From positions 6,072 to 70,071 of the forward strand of contig JAHFHU010000001.1 in the NCBI GenBank assembly GCA_023246755.1: a stretch of 64,000 nt of DNA. The letters are read 5' to 3'. Below the pieces are notes generated by a model, which did not search any database, had not been told where the DNA came from, and saw only the letters and a program-made list of their open reading frames with translations. This document shows positions 11,444 through 20,705 of the stretch, in pieces (positions within the stretch are counted from its first letter, which is position 1; each line of letters opens with the position of its first letter). Made by a program: the position numbers and the translations under genes. This stretch comes from Candidatus Magasanikiibacteriota bacterium (GTDB lineage: Bacteria > Patescibacteriota > Patescibacteriia > Magasanikbacterales > 2-02-FULL-50-9b).

Positions 11444-13129
11444 ATGAAATCAGCTGAACAGATCAAACCGATTCCATCTCCGGATGCCGGACGAAGCAAA
11501 GACACATCGTCCGCGAATAAAAACAAAGAGATTAAAAATTTAATCTCGAGCGCTGGTTTTACCATCAAAACTCTCGGATCCCGTGTTGGTAAATATTTAG
11601 CTCAAATAAATCAAATTAAAGAGGATAAAAAATTTGCAGATTTTGGCATGAATGCTCCGAACAATGGTCCGCGACCAGAACAGTCGACCATCGATCAAAT
11701 CAAAGCACAAAATGCCGCAAACGAAGCCAAACTACAAGATTTGTTGGATCGCACACACGAAGCATTGCTTGATCAAGTCGAAAGATTAACCGAGCTTGAT
11801 GCACAACTCAATGCTTTAAACGTTGATACATCAGATCCGCGTCGTAATGAATTTGCTCAAAAACGAGAAAAAGCGATGGGGCACCTTGAGGTTGTATCTC
11901 ACGAGATACACGCGCGCCATATCGACTCCGTGCGCGATAAACTTCATGCGCCAAATTTACGACTTATTCCAAAACCAGCAGAAGCGCCTGTTCAACCCCC
12001 TGTTTTTGAAGGTGACAACGCTTCATTCACTGTTGGCCAGTTAAATGAAAAAATGGATGCGGAGGCAAAGAAAACCGTCGCTTTTGATGAGGAGGGCTAC
12101 GAAAAGGAAATGGATGCGGCGCGCATGGCAGAAGTTGCGCCATCAAAACGCGCTGAATTGCTTGCCAAAGCAGACGCGGAAAGTGGTTCTCCGTATGACA
12201 TAGCTCTGAGCGAAAAACTAGCGAAACGAAGCAAATTAACCGAAATGTCGGCGGGAGCACAGGTGCACTTATCCGAATCAAATAGAACATACAAGGAAAC
12301 AAATCCAAACGAGGCAGCGGATGCCGAATGGGATGCACAAATTGTTGAAGCAACTCAGGCCGGAACTGCACAGGAGCAAGCCCGCGAACAAGCAGAAAAA
12401 GCTGAGCGATTAGCACAAGTCGATCTTCCCCAATTTGAAGCAGGTTTGGCTTACGCAGATGCAGAAAATGACTCGCCTTACGCTCGTGCACTCAAAGAAC
12501 AGATAAATCGTCCGAAACAAACCGTTTCAAAATTGAGAAAAACCGTATCAGGAGAACAATCCTTTCATTCAAATTCCGCTGATAAACCGTTCAATGGAGA
12601 ATTTCCGCATGAAAAACTTTTACGCGAGCTTGAACTAGCGAAAAAAGCTCAGCAAGAGGCGGACGCCGGTCTTGAGGAAATTCCGCTTGAAAATGTAACC
12701 GAATTGCCACCAGATGTTCCTGAAAATATTGATTTCACAAAAATGGGCATTGATCTTGATAAGATTCAACAAAGTATTGATTCAGGAGAAATCATGTCGT
12801 TTGAGGAGTTGCAGGAATCTTTAAACAACATGGGTTTACGCAGTCGAATGAACGAACTGCTTCCTGCCGGAGATCACGACAAAAGTCTCGAGAAGATGAT
12901 GGGGAAACGAACACTAGGATTTTTAGGCAAACCAAAATTTGATCGAGAAACCGCGGCACAATTCTTCAAAAAACTTGGCGAACGCGCATTGTCTCAAGGC
13001 GCTGACGAGCGGGCGTTCAATACAGGAGTAGAGTTTAATCCGAATGCAAAGAAAACAAAAAAACTTGGAGACTCATCTCCAATTAATCGTCGACCACCAT
13101 CTTCAACTGATCCAAAGGGGTTGGTTTAA
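11444..13129 (+). CDS. large acidic coiled-coil protein of unknown function
   Basis: About 560 aa, E/K/A/Q-rich, no TM. Internal repeat 'AKADAESGSPYDIALSEKLAKRSK' / 'AYADAENDSPYARALKEQINRPKQ'. Start could also be ATG 11405 (in frame). Confidence 0.55.
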   Translation: MKSAEQIKPIPSPDAGRSKDTSSANKNKEIKNLISSAGFTIKTLGSRVGKYLAQINQIKEDKKFADFGMNAPNNGPRPEQSTIDQIKAQNAANEAKLQDLLDRTHEALLDQVERLTELDAQLNALNVDTSDPRRNEFAQKREKAMGHLEVVSHEIHARHIDSVRDKLHAPNLRLIPKPAEAPVQPPVFEGDNASFTVGQLNEKMDAEAKKTVAFDEEGYEKEMDAARMAEVAPSKRAELLAKADAESGSPYDIALSEKLAKRSKLTEMSAGAQVHLSESNRTYKETNPNEAADAEWDAQIVEATQAGTAQEQAREQAEKAERLAQVDLPQFEAGLAYADAENDSPYARALKEQINRPKQTVSKLRKTVSGEQSFHSNSADKPFNGEFPHEKLLRELELAKKAQQEADAGLEEIPLENVTELPPDVPENIDFTKMGIDLDKIQQSIDSGEIMSFEELQESLNNMGLRSRMNELLPAGDHDKSLEKMMGKRTLGFLGKPKFDRETAAQFFKKLGERALSQGADERAFNTGVEFNPNAKKTKKLGDSSPINRRPPSSTDPKGLV

Positions 13130-13154
13130 AAAAACAACCAGTTCGCTTGATTTA

Positions 13155-13185
13155 AAATTCGCACCCGAAACCGGGTGCGAATTTT
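13155..13185. terminator. bidirectional Rho-independent terminator hairpin
   Basis: Perfect inverted repeat 'aaattcgcacccg-aaa-cgggtgcgaatttt' between the convergent 11444..13129 gene and gpmI; A/T runs on both sides. Confidence 0.65.
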
Positions 13186-14722
13186 AAATGAGCGCGCGGC
13201 CCGTCATCTCTCGCGGTTGCGGGACTCCCATGGCTTGTAAAATTGTTGGCGCAACATCGGCGAGCATGCCGACTGGCTGTACGAGCGAAAGATCGCTGCC
13301 CGTAGCGTCCCCGCCGCCTTCCCAATCTTTGCTAATACAAATAAACGGAATCGCGTTAGTCGAATGTTCTTTGTCTTTGTCGCCCGTGCGAAGATTCACA
13401 ACCTCTTCGCCATTGCCGTGATCCGCGGTGATAAAAATAGCGCCACCCTGTTCGAGAGCCGCGGACACAACGAGACCCATCGCTGCGTCGACCGCTTCAA
13501 CACCGCGTACCGTCGCCGCCATGTCGCCTGTGTGGCCAACCATGTCGGCGTTTGCAAAATTCATGACGATAAAATCATATTTTTTTGATTCGATTGCAGC
13601 GACCGCTTCATGTGCAACTTCGATTGCGGACATTTCCGGCGCTTCGGCGTATGAGGTGACTTTTGGCGACGGCACAATTTTTCGATCCTCACCCAGCCAC
13701 GCATCCTCAATCGTTCCGTTCAAGAAAAAAGTCACGTGCGCATATTTTTCCGTTTCCGCAACATGAAACTGCAACTTACCCGCTTTTGAAATTGTTTCCG
13801 CGAGTGACATTTTGATAACCTCCGGAGGATAACACACGTCAACAGGCAAACCTTTTTCGTATTCGGTCATGGTCGCAAACAAGAGCGGCTCAATTTTCGC
13901 CCGCGCAAATTTATCAAACTCTGGCACGACAAACGCACCCGTGATTTCACGCGCCCGATCGGGACGAAAATTAAAAAACAAAACCGTGTCGCCCGCCTGA
14001 ACTTTTCCGCTCGGGTCTATCGAAACCGGTACAAATTCTTCATCATATATTTTTTCGTCATATGATTTTTGAATCGCCGCAAGTGGATCACCAACGCTCG
14101 GCGCACCATCGGTCATCACGCGATACATTTTTTCCACGCGGTCCCACCGATTGTCCCGATCCATCGCAAAAAAACGCCCGCCCATCGTTGCAATTTTTCC
14201 AACACCAAGCGTCTTCATTTTTCCGAGCAACCGTTCGATAAACATTTTTCCCGAATCAAATTTTGAATCACGACCATCAAGAATCGCGTGAACAAAAACA
14301 TTCGAGAGCCCTTGCGTTTTACAAAATTCGAGAAGTGCATACAGATGCTCATCGCTTCCATGCACATTTCCCGCAGACACAATTCCAAGGAGGTGTAACG
14401 CGCCACCCTTTTTTGCTGCGGCCGCAACTTTTTGCAGCGTCGCATTATTAAAAAAACTTTTATCGGCGATTTCTTTGCTGATGCGAGGAAGCGTTTGATA
14501 ATAAACCCTGCCCGCACCGATATTAAGATGACCGACTTCGGAATTTCCCATCTCGCCCCACGACAATCCAACATCATTACCCGATGCTTTAATGGTCATT
14601 GCGGGATACGTCGCAATCCAACGAGTGAAATTTGGCGTTTTTGCACGCGTAATTGCATTCCCATCGCTGTCCGGCGCAACTCCCCACCCATCATTGATGA
14701 TCAAAACCGTTGGTCGATACAT
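13184..14722 (-). CDS. gpmI: 2,3-bisphosphoglycerate-independent phosphoglycerate mutase
   Basis: 512 aa; 'VLIINDGWGVAPDSDGNAI', 'ADHGN' metal-binding region typical of iPGM. Confidence 0.95.
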   Translation of the reverse strand: MYRPTVLIINDGWGVAPDSDGNAITRAKTPNFTRWIATYPAMTIKASGNDVGLSWGEMGNSEVGHLNIGAGRVYYQTLPRISKEIADKSFFNNATLQKVAAAAKKGGALHLLGIVSAGNVHGSDEHLYALLEFCKTQGLSNVFVHAILDGRDSKFDSGKMFIERLLGKMKTLGVGKIATMGGRFFAMDRDNRWDRVEKMYRVMTDGAPSVGDPLAAIQKSYDEKIYDEEFVPVSIDPSGKVQAGDTVLFFNFRPDRAREITGAFVVPEFDKFARAKIEPLLFATMTEYEKGLPVDVCYPPEVIKMSLAETISKAGKLQFHVAETEKYAHVTFFLNGTIEDAWLGEDRKIVPSPKVTSYAEAPEMSAIEVAHEAVAAIESKKYDFIVMNFANADMVGHTGDMAATVRGVEAVDAAMGLVVSAALEQGGAIFITADHGNGEEVVNLRTGDKDKEHSTNAIPFICISKDWEGGGDATGSDLSLVQPVGMLADVAPTILQAMGVPQPREMTGRALI

Positions 14723-14723
14723 A

Positions 14724-15956
14724 TTAATTTTGACCTTCTATTTCCATCACCCGATTATATTTTTCGACGCGCTCGCTTCGCGACAACGAGCCTGATTTCA
14801 AAAATTCAGCACCAACCGCGACCGCAAGATCCGCAATAAACGTATCCGACGTTTCACCGCTTCGATGTGAGACTGAAACCTTGTAATTATTTTTCTGCGC
14901 GAGCACGATCGTATCGATCGTTTCCGACAGTGAACCAATCTGATTAACCTTGATCAAAATCGCGTTCGCAACACGTCGCGAAATTCCCTGCGCGAGCCGC
15001 TCTTTGTTGGTCACAAATAAATCATCCCCCACAAGCGTGACAGTGCGACCAAGTTTCGCCGTAATTTTTTCCCAATGTTCCCAATCATCTTCGTGAAGTG
15101 GATCCTCGACGGACACGAGTGGATATTTTTGTACCCATTCTGTCACCATCTCAATCATCTGATCGCCCGTTTTTTTCTTGCCTTCGAACATATAAAAACC
15201 TTTGTCGAAAAATTCCGATGCAGCAATATCAGTTCCAAGTTTAACATCAACACCCGGCTTAAAACCCGCCTGTTGAATCGCTGACATCAAAACTTGCAAT
15301 GCTTTTTCCGAACTACCAAGACGCGGAGCAAAACCACCTTCGTCACCGACACCCACAGAAAATTTTTCATCCTTCAGAATTTTTTTAAGCGCGGCGAAAA
15401 CCTCTGCGCCCACCCGCACCCGCTCACTCAATTTTTTCTGTTGCGGAATAATCATAAACTCCTGCGTCGACAAACCCGAATCTGCGTGTACGCCACCGTT
15501 GATCACATTCATCGTCGGATACGGAAATCGCGCGCCGGTTTTCAACTTAAAAGTTTTTTGTAAATACTGCCAGAGCGGCACACCCGTTACCACCGCACCT
15601 GCCCGCGCCGCTGCGAGCGAAACGCCCAAAATCGCGTTTGCGCCAAGCTTTGTTTTATTTTTCGTCCCGTCGAGTGCGAGCATCACCGCATCAATCTCGC
15701 GCTGACGACGGACGTCCATACCGATGAGTGCGGGCGCGATTTTTTTCTCAACATTTTTTACGGCCTTCAAAACTCCTTTTCCAGAAAATCGTTTTGCATC
15801 GCCATCGCGAAGCTCAAGCGCTTCATGCGAGCCCGTTGACGCACCGCTCGGCACCGCTGCGCTCACCGTAACTTTTCCAACACTCAAAAAAACTCGAATG
15901 GTCGGATTGCCGCGTGAATCGATAATTTCCTGTGCGTGAACTGCAGTAATTTTCAT
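14724..15956 (-). CDS. eno: enolase
   Basis: 410 aa; 'AQEIIDSRGNPTI', 'SHRSGETSDTFIADLAVA', 'LKSGSLSRSERVEKYN'. Confidence 0.95.
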   Translation of the reverse strand: MKITAVHAQEIIDSRGNPTIRVFLSVGKVTVSAAVPSGASTGSHEALELRDGDAKRFSGKGVLKAVKNVEKKIAPALIGMDVRRQREIDAVMLALDGTKNKTKLGANAILGVSLAAARAGAVVTGVPLWQYLQKTFKLKTGARFPYPTMNVINGGVHADSGLSTQEFMIIPQQKKLSERVRVGAEVFAALKKILKDEKFSVGVGDEGGFAPRLGSSEKALQVLMSAIQQAGFKPGVDVKLGTDIAASEFFDKGFYMFEGKKKTGDQMIEMVTEWVQKYPLVSVEDPLHEDDWEHWEKITAKLGRTVTLVGDDLFVTNKERLAQGISRRVANAILIKVNQIGSLSETIDTIVLAQKNNYKVSVSHRSGETSDTFIADLAVAVGAEFLKSGSLSRSERVEKYNRVMEIEGQN

Positions 15957-15962
15957 ATAATT

Positions 15963-16742
15963 TTAGTCTTCAATTTCAAAGGTGATAAAAACATCTGAGC
16001 GAATGTCGAGTGTCCCCGCTTGAATATTGGGCGCGATATCAGGCGCTGCCCCCGCATTTTCTTTTGTCATCGCTGCATAGGGGCTGTGTGATGGATTGCC
16101 CGTCGTTTCGCTGAAATTAACGACGCCCGCAAGCTCAACCCGAAGTTGCCGCGCAAGCACAGCTGCTTTTTCCTTCGCATCGTTAATCGCTGCCGCTCGT
16201 GCTTCAGATTCTAACTTTTTCGGATCATCAATCGTAAATTCGATTCCACCGATCTGATTTGATCCCGCAGCGGCAGCGGCCGAAAGCACCGCCGAAATCT
16301 TTTGTAGGTCACGAATTTTTACTTCAACATTTTGAGAAATCGTATATCCCGTAATCGTGCTACCCGCTTTTGCATCATACGAATATTTCGGATAACCCTG
16401 ATATTGCGTTGTTTTCAGATCGTCACCCGCGATCCCCAATGTTTTAAGCGCCGCAATCAATTTATTCATCTTCTCCGCATTTTCAGATTGCGCGACGCCC
16501 GGATCTGTTTTGTCAGTCACGAGCCCGATGTTTGTCGTCGCAATATTTGGCGCCGCGGTAATTTTCGCTGTTCCTGAAACAGTAATCGTGTATGGTTGAT
16601 GTGGCGCCTGATCAAGCAAACGAAATTTCCTCAAATTTAAAAATCCCGACGCGACCAAGAAAAAGACGAGCGCTAAACCAACTGCAATTTTAATTCGATG
16701 ATGGCCATGGGTGTTACCCGTGCCGCAAGAACACTGCTGCAT
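15963..16742 (-). CDS. SIMPL-domain (DUF541) membrane-anchored protein
   Basis: N-terminal TM; 'YTITVSGTAKITAAPNIATTNIGLVT...' and C-terminal 'IQAGTLDIRSDVFITFEI' resemble SIMPL/26-kDa periplasmic immunogenic protein family. Confidence 0.7.
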   Translation of the reverse strand: MQQCSCGTGNTHGHHRIKIAVGLALVFFLVASGFLNLRKFRLLDQAPHQPYTITVSGTAKITAAPNIATTNIGLVTDKTDPGVAQSENAEKMNKLIAALKTLGIAGDDLKTTQYQGYPKYSYDAKAGSTITGYTISQNVEVKIRDLQKISAVLSAAAAAGSNQIGGIEFTIDDPKKLESEARAAAINDAKEKAAVLARQLRVELAGVVNFSETTGNPSHSPYAAMTKENAGAAPDIAPNIQAGTLDIRSDVFITFEIED

Positions 16743-16787
16743 AAATTTTGTAAAAAAAGACTATGCGGCCATTATAGCGCACCTAAT

Positions 16788-17912
16788 CTATTTTTGCTCC
16801 AAAACGTCAACAGCCCACAGCTTGGCGCCGCCCAAAAATGCGAGCATCGCGCCGCCGCCCGTTGAAATATGAGTAAACCCGCGCGACATTTTATTGTGCA
16901 AAATACTCGTAACCGTTTCGCCGCCGCCTGCAACAACACATGCGCCGCCGCGCCCTGCGCGTGCGAGCATCCGCGCGATGCGTTCGGTGCCAAGATGAAA
17001 GGGTTGCTGCTCAAATTTTCCCGCAGGCCCATTCCACAAAATTGTTTTGCTACTCGCCAACATTTCCGAGATCATGATCAGTGTTGCCGGCCCCATATCA
17101 AAATTCGCCTCATTCGCGCCGCATAATTTTTTATTGTCTGCAACCGCAATCGTTCGAAATTTTTTTGCACCCGTAATCGTTCCGATCACCATATCAACCG
17201 GAAGAAAAACAGTATCATGTTTGATAAGCTTGCGCGCCGCACGCACCGACACCGCATCAACGTACGACCCACCCACATCGTAACCCGCAGCAACCAAAAA
17301 CGCATTCGCCGCAGCACCCACGATGAAAATATGTTCGGCCTGTTTCAAAAATTTTGAAATGACCGGAACTTTTGTTTCTATTTTTGCGCCACCGATGATA
17401 AGCGAAATCGGAGCTTCGGCAGCGTCACGCACGCACGAGAGTTCATGTACCTCTTTTTCAAATTGTAGTCCGGCAAAACTTGGCAGAATTTTTGTGATTG
17501 CATGTGTCGACGCATGTTTACGGTGCGCAGTTGCAAACGATTCATTGATAAAAATTTCTTGCCCCTGTGCAAGTTCGCGTGCAAAACTCGAATCATTTTT
17601 TTCCTCGCGCGAATCAAACCGAACGTTGGGTAAAAAATTAAGTTTTGTTTTGAGTTTGTTTTCCAGATATTTTTGAACGGGCGCGAGCGATAATTTTTTA
17701 TCAACGTTCCCCGCTGGCCGCCCGCGATGACCCATCAAAGTTACCACAGCTTTTTTCCCCAACAAAAATTTAAGCGTCGGAAGCGCCGAGTCCAATCGAT
17801 ATGCAGACTCGCCCACGATTTTCCCCGCGGTAACATCAACATCCGAGTCAATCCGAATCAAAACATGCGTGCCTTTCAAAATGGGTGCAGCAACAATGGT
17901 GCGTAATTTCAT
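16788..17912 (-). CDS. pgk: phosphoglycerate kinase
   Basis: 'LPNVRFDSREEKND', 'ISTGGGAMLAFLGGAKL'. Start placed at MKLRTIV (17912), because the longer ORF start at 17933 would overlap the -10 box. Confidence 0.9.
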   Translation of the reverse strand: MKLRTIVAAPILKGTHVLIRIDSDVDVTAGKIVGESAYRLDSALPTLKFLLGKKAVVTLMGHRGRPAGNVDKKLSLAPVQKYLENKLKTKLNFLPNVRFDSREEKNDSSFARELAQGQEIFINESFATAHRKHASTHAITKILPSFAGLQFEKEVHELSCVRDAAEAPISLIIGGAKIETKVPVISKFLKQAEHIFIVGAAANAFLVAAGYDVGGSYVDAVSVRAARKLIKHDTVFLPVDMVIGTITGAKKFRTIAVADNKKLCGANEANFDMGPATLIMISEMLASSKTILWNGPAGKFEQQPFHLGTERIARMLARAGRGGACVVAGGGETVTSILHNKMSRGFTHISTGGGAMLAFLGGAKLWAVDVLEQK

Positions 17913-17921
17913 AGTGCATCT

Positions 17922-17949
17922 AGTATAAAACAAAACTTGACTTTGTCAT
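17922..17949 (-). promoter_or_regulatory. candidate sigma70-type promoter of pgk (ATGACA-16/17-TATACT), near-leaderless
   Basis: On minus strand 'atgaca aagtcaagttttgttt tatact agatgcact ATG'; the -10 box ends 9 nt before the start codon. Confidence 0.4.
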
Positions 17950-17952
17950 ACA

Positions 17953-18183
17953 ATGTCGCTACGCTTGAAACATATGTCAACCAAACAACTCGAGAAACTC
18001 GTTGTTCGTCTCACGCACGATATAGCAACATTGCGTGCTTCCGTTAGAAATATTGAAAAAACACAAAAGAAGCAAGAGCGCTATAAACCAGCATTCGTTA
18101 AAGACGTTTTAACAATTTCAAAAAAATCGAGTGGCACTAAAAAATTTGTACCAGGTAAAAATTTTCGCGAACTGATTTCATAA
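17953..18183 (+). CDS. questionable small basic ORF (76 aa)
   Basis: Only ORF in the 400-nt spacer between gap and pgk, on the opposite strand. It overlaps the predicted pgk promoter. No motif. Confidence 0.2.
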   Translation: MSLRLKHMSTKQLEKLVVRLTHDIATLRASVRNIEKTQKKQERYKPAFVKDVLTISKKSSGTKKFVPGKNFRELIS

Positions 18184-18331
18184 ATTTCAAAAATATGGAG
18201 GTACTGTTGGAGGGTGATTTTATCATTTCGCTTGAGTCGGGATTACCGTATTATCTTCAAAATTGAAAGAGCTGAAACAATACGAGTTCTTAAGCTTGGA
18301 CATCGAAAAGAAATTTACGAATAATATTCAT

Positions 18332-19336
18332 TTATTTCGACTTTCCCGCGAGCTCAACCATTTCAATCAACCGATGCGAATACCCCCATTCATTGTCATA
18401 CCACGCGAGAATTTTCACGAGGTCACCATCGATCACCTGCGTAAATTCAAGGTCAACAATCGCACTCGCGGTAGAGCCAACAATGTCATGCGAAACAAGC
18501 CCGCCTTCTGAAACTTCCAAAATTCCTTTCCATCGCTTTTCTTTCGCAGCCGCACGAAGCACTGCATTCACCTCCTCTGTAGACGTTTTCTTTTTTGTAA
18601 TGAACGTAAAATCAGATAACGAGCCGACCGGCGTTGGAACACGAATCGAAATGCCATCAAACAACCCTTTCAACTCGGGAATCGTTTCCGTCACCGCAAT
18701 TGCTGCGCCCGTCGATGTTGGAATCATGTTGAGCGCCGCCGAGCGACCACGACGAAAATCTTTGTGCGGCCCATCAACCAAAGCCTGATCAGCCGTGTAA
18801 GAATGAATCGTTGTCATCGCCGCCTTCGAAACACCAAATGCCGCGTGAATAATTGCCGTCACCGGCGCGACGCAGTTCGTCGTACAACTTGCATTATTTA
18901 AAATTTTTGTTCCGCCCGTCGCCATGTCATTCACACCGCGCACAAATGTTGGAACTCCCCCACCCTTTGCGGGCGCCGACAAAATCGCCTTACGCGCACC
19001 AGCCACGACGTGTTTCATCAACCCTTCCGCATCGGTAAAACGCCCCGTCGATTCAATCGCGACATCAACCCTCATTGCTTTCCACGGCAATTTCTCAGGA
19101 TCCTTCTCAGCAAGCACCGGAATTTTGACACCATCAACCACCAGCATTCCCGACTTCGCGGAAACCTTGTGTGGCCATGCGCCATACACCGAATCATGCG
19201 CCAACAAATATGAAAGCTGCTCAGCACTGCCCAAATCATTGATCGCAACAAATTCAATCTTTTTATTTCCAAATCCCGCTTTAAATACCTGTCGACCGAT
19301 ACGCCCGAAACCATTAATTGCAACACGAATAGCCAT
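18332..19336 (-). CDS. gap: glyceraldehyde-3-phosphate dehydrogenase
   Basis: 334 aa; 'VAINGFGRIGRQV', active site 'SCTTNCVAPV'. Confidence 0.95.
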   Translation of the reverse strand: MAIRVAINGFGRIGRQVFKAGFGNKKIEFVAINDLGSAEQLSYLLAHDSVYGAWPHKVSAKSGMLVVDGVKIPVLAEKDPEKLPWKAMRVDVAIESTGRFTDAEGLMKHVVAGARKAILSAPAKGGGVPTFVRGVNDMATGGTKILNNASCTTNCVAPVTAIIHAAFGVSKAAMTTIHSYTADQALVDGPHKDFRRGRSAALNMIPTSTGAAIAVTETIPELKGLFDGISIRVPTPVGSLSDFTFITKKKTSTEEVNAVLRAAAKEKRWKGILEVSEGGLVSHDIVGSTASAIVDLEFTQVIDGDLVKILAWYDNEWGYSHRLIEMVELAGKSK

Positions 19337-19380
19337 ATTTTGTGAAATTGATTAAATCAGTATATCACCTTTTCCCTATT

Positions 19381-19424
19381 GAATAAAAAACAGACCCTTG
19401 CGCTTCCAGTTCGGAAGGGGTCTG
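19381..19424 (-). terminator. terminator-like hairpin plus U-run on minus strand, upstream of gap
   Basis: 'cagacccttgcgcttccagttcggaaggggtctg' (about 10-bp GC stem). On the minus strand it is followed by 'ttttttatt'. It lies in the divergent gap/LOG intergenic region. Confidence 0.4.
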
Positions 19425-19468
19425 CCCCCCTTGCAAAACGTGTCAAATTCGTGTTACTGTTTTTGTCT

Positions 19469-20023
19469 ATGGAACAACCACTACGTAAATTACAAATCGG
19501 TGTCATGGGCTCGGCTGCTGACCTTAATTATTCTGACACAATTCAAACGCTCGCATACGATGTTGGTCGTGCCATCGCTGAAAGCGGCAACATCACGGTT
19601 TACGGCGCGGAAAAAGATTATGACTCATTATCAACGGCAGCATCGCGCGGCGCAAAAAGTGTCGGCGGATTAACCGTCGGCGTGACATACGGAAAAGGAA
19701 AAAATATTTGGGACACCGACGGTAACACCGACGTTATCGTTGTGACAGGTATTGAACGCGGCGGCGGACGTGAATTTGTTTTAGTAAACTCATGCGACGC
19801 GATTGTAATTATTTCGGGCGGATCTGGAACGCTCACCGAAACTGCAATCGCCTATCAGATGAACATTCCGATTGTGGCACTTGTTGGAACCGGTGGTTGG
19901 GCTGACAAATTAGCCGACTCGTTCATTGATGCACGCAATCGCGTTAAAGTTGTTGCAGCGCAAACACCCACCGAAGCTGCAGCGATCGCGATTTCGTTAG
20001 CAAAAGAATATGCAGCGCGATAA
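19469..20023 (+). CDS. LOG-family / TIGR00725-like Rossmann-fold protein
   Basis: Start at MEQPLRK (19469); 'DAIVIISGGSGTLTETAIAYQMNIPIVAL' resembles the LOG/SLOG 'GGxGTxEE' motif. Confidence 0.6.
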   Translation: MEQPLRKLQIGVMGSAADLNYSDTIQTLAYDVGRAIAESGNITVYGAEKDYDSLSTAASRGAKSVGGLTVGVTYGKGKNIWDTDGNTDVIVVTGIERGGGREFVLVNSCDAIVIISGGSGTLTETAIAYQMNIPIVALVGTGGWADKLADSFIDARNRVKVVAAQTPTEAAAIAISLAKEYAAR

Positions 20024-20705
20024 AAAAACGCGCGCCAAAAAACAACTGATCATTTTTGACCTTGATGGAACGCTCTACGAATTACATGGCGGATCATACA
20101 AAAAATCACCGCTATGTAAAGCGGTCTTACGCGGTGCGGTTAAATTTATCGCCGCGCGTATGTCAATTTCGCAAGCACGTGCGGTGCGCACGCTCGATAA
20201 AATCATCGAGCGCTATGGCGAACAAATCAGCATCGGACTTGAAAAAGAATTCAAGCTCGATCGCTACGATTATTTTAACACCGTTTGGGATATTCCAGCA
20301 CATGGCATTGTAAAAAATACTGAAAATTCTCGAAAAATTTTACTCGGACTCAAAAAAAATTTTCAGTGCGCGCTTGTGTCTGACGCGCCACATGTTTGGA
20401 TCATGAATGTTTTAAAAGAATTAAATATTACCGATATATTTAAAGACAAAATTTTTTCTGGCGAAGGAAACCAACGCAAAGAATTTAATAATGCGTTTGT
20501 GAATGTTGCACGTACACTCAAAACCTCAACTCATAACTGCATTGTTGTTGGCGATCAAGAAAAAACTGATATCATCCCACCGCGAGCGCTGGGTATGTAC
20601 ACAATTTTTGTGCACCGGACCAAACGTTCACGGGTGGCTGATATTTCTATCAAATCCATTGCCGAATTACAGATGGCGTTGACACAAATTATCCCCCATG
20701 AATAA
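20010..20705 (+). CDS. HAD-superfamily hydrolase (subfamily IA-like)
   Basis: Motif I 'LIIFDLDGTLYE'; later 'VGDQEKTDI' (motif IV-like). A+T-rich relative to flanks. Confidence 0.75.
   Translation: MQRDKKTRAKKQLIIFDLDGTLYELHGGSYKKSPLCKAVLRGAVKFIAARMSISQARAVRTLDKIIERYGEQISIGLEKEFKLDRYDYFNTVWDIPAHGIVKNTENSRKILLGLKKNFQCALVSDAPHVWIMNVLKELNITDIFKDKIFSGEGNQRKEFNNAFVNVARTLKTSTHNCIVVGDQEKTDIIPPRALGMYTIFVHRTKRSRVADISIKSIAELQMALTQIIPHE

Noticed and set aside
12027-12491. 154-aa minus-strand ORF
   Set aside because: Antisense to the coiled-coil gene; Leu/Pro/Arg-rich shadow translation.
18263-18511. 82-aa plus-strand ORF at the gap 3' end
   Set aside because: Mostly antisense to gap; no motif; the spacer portion is A/T-rich non-coding.
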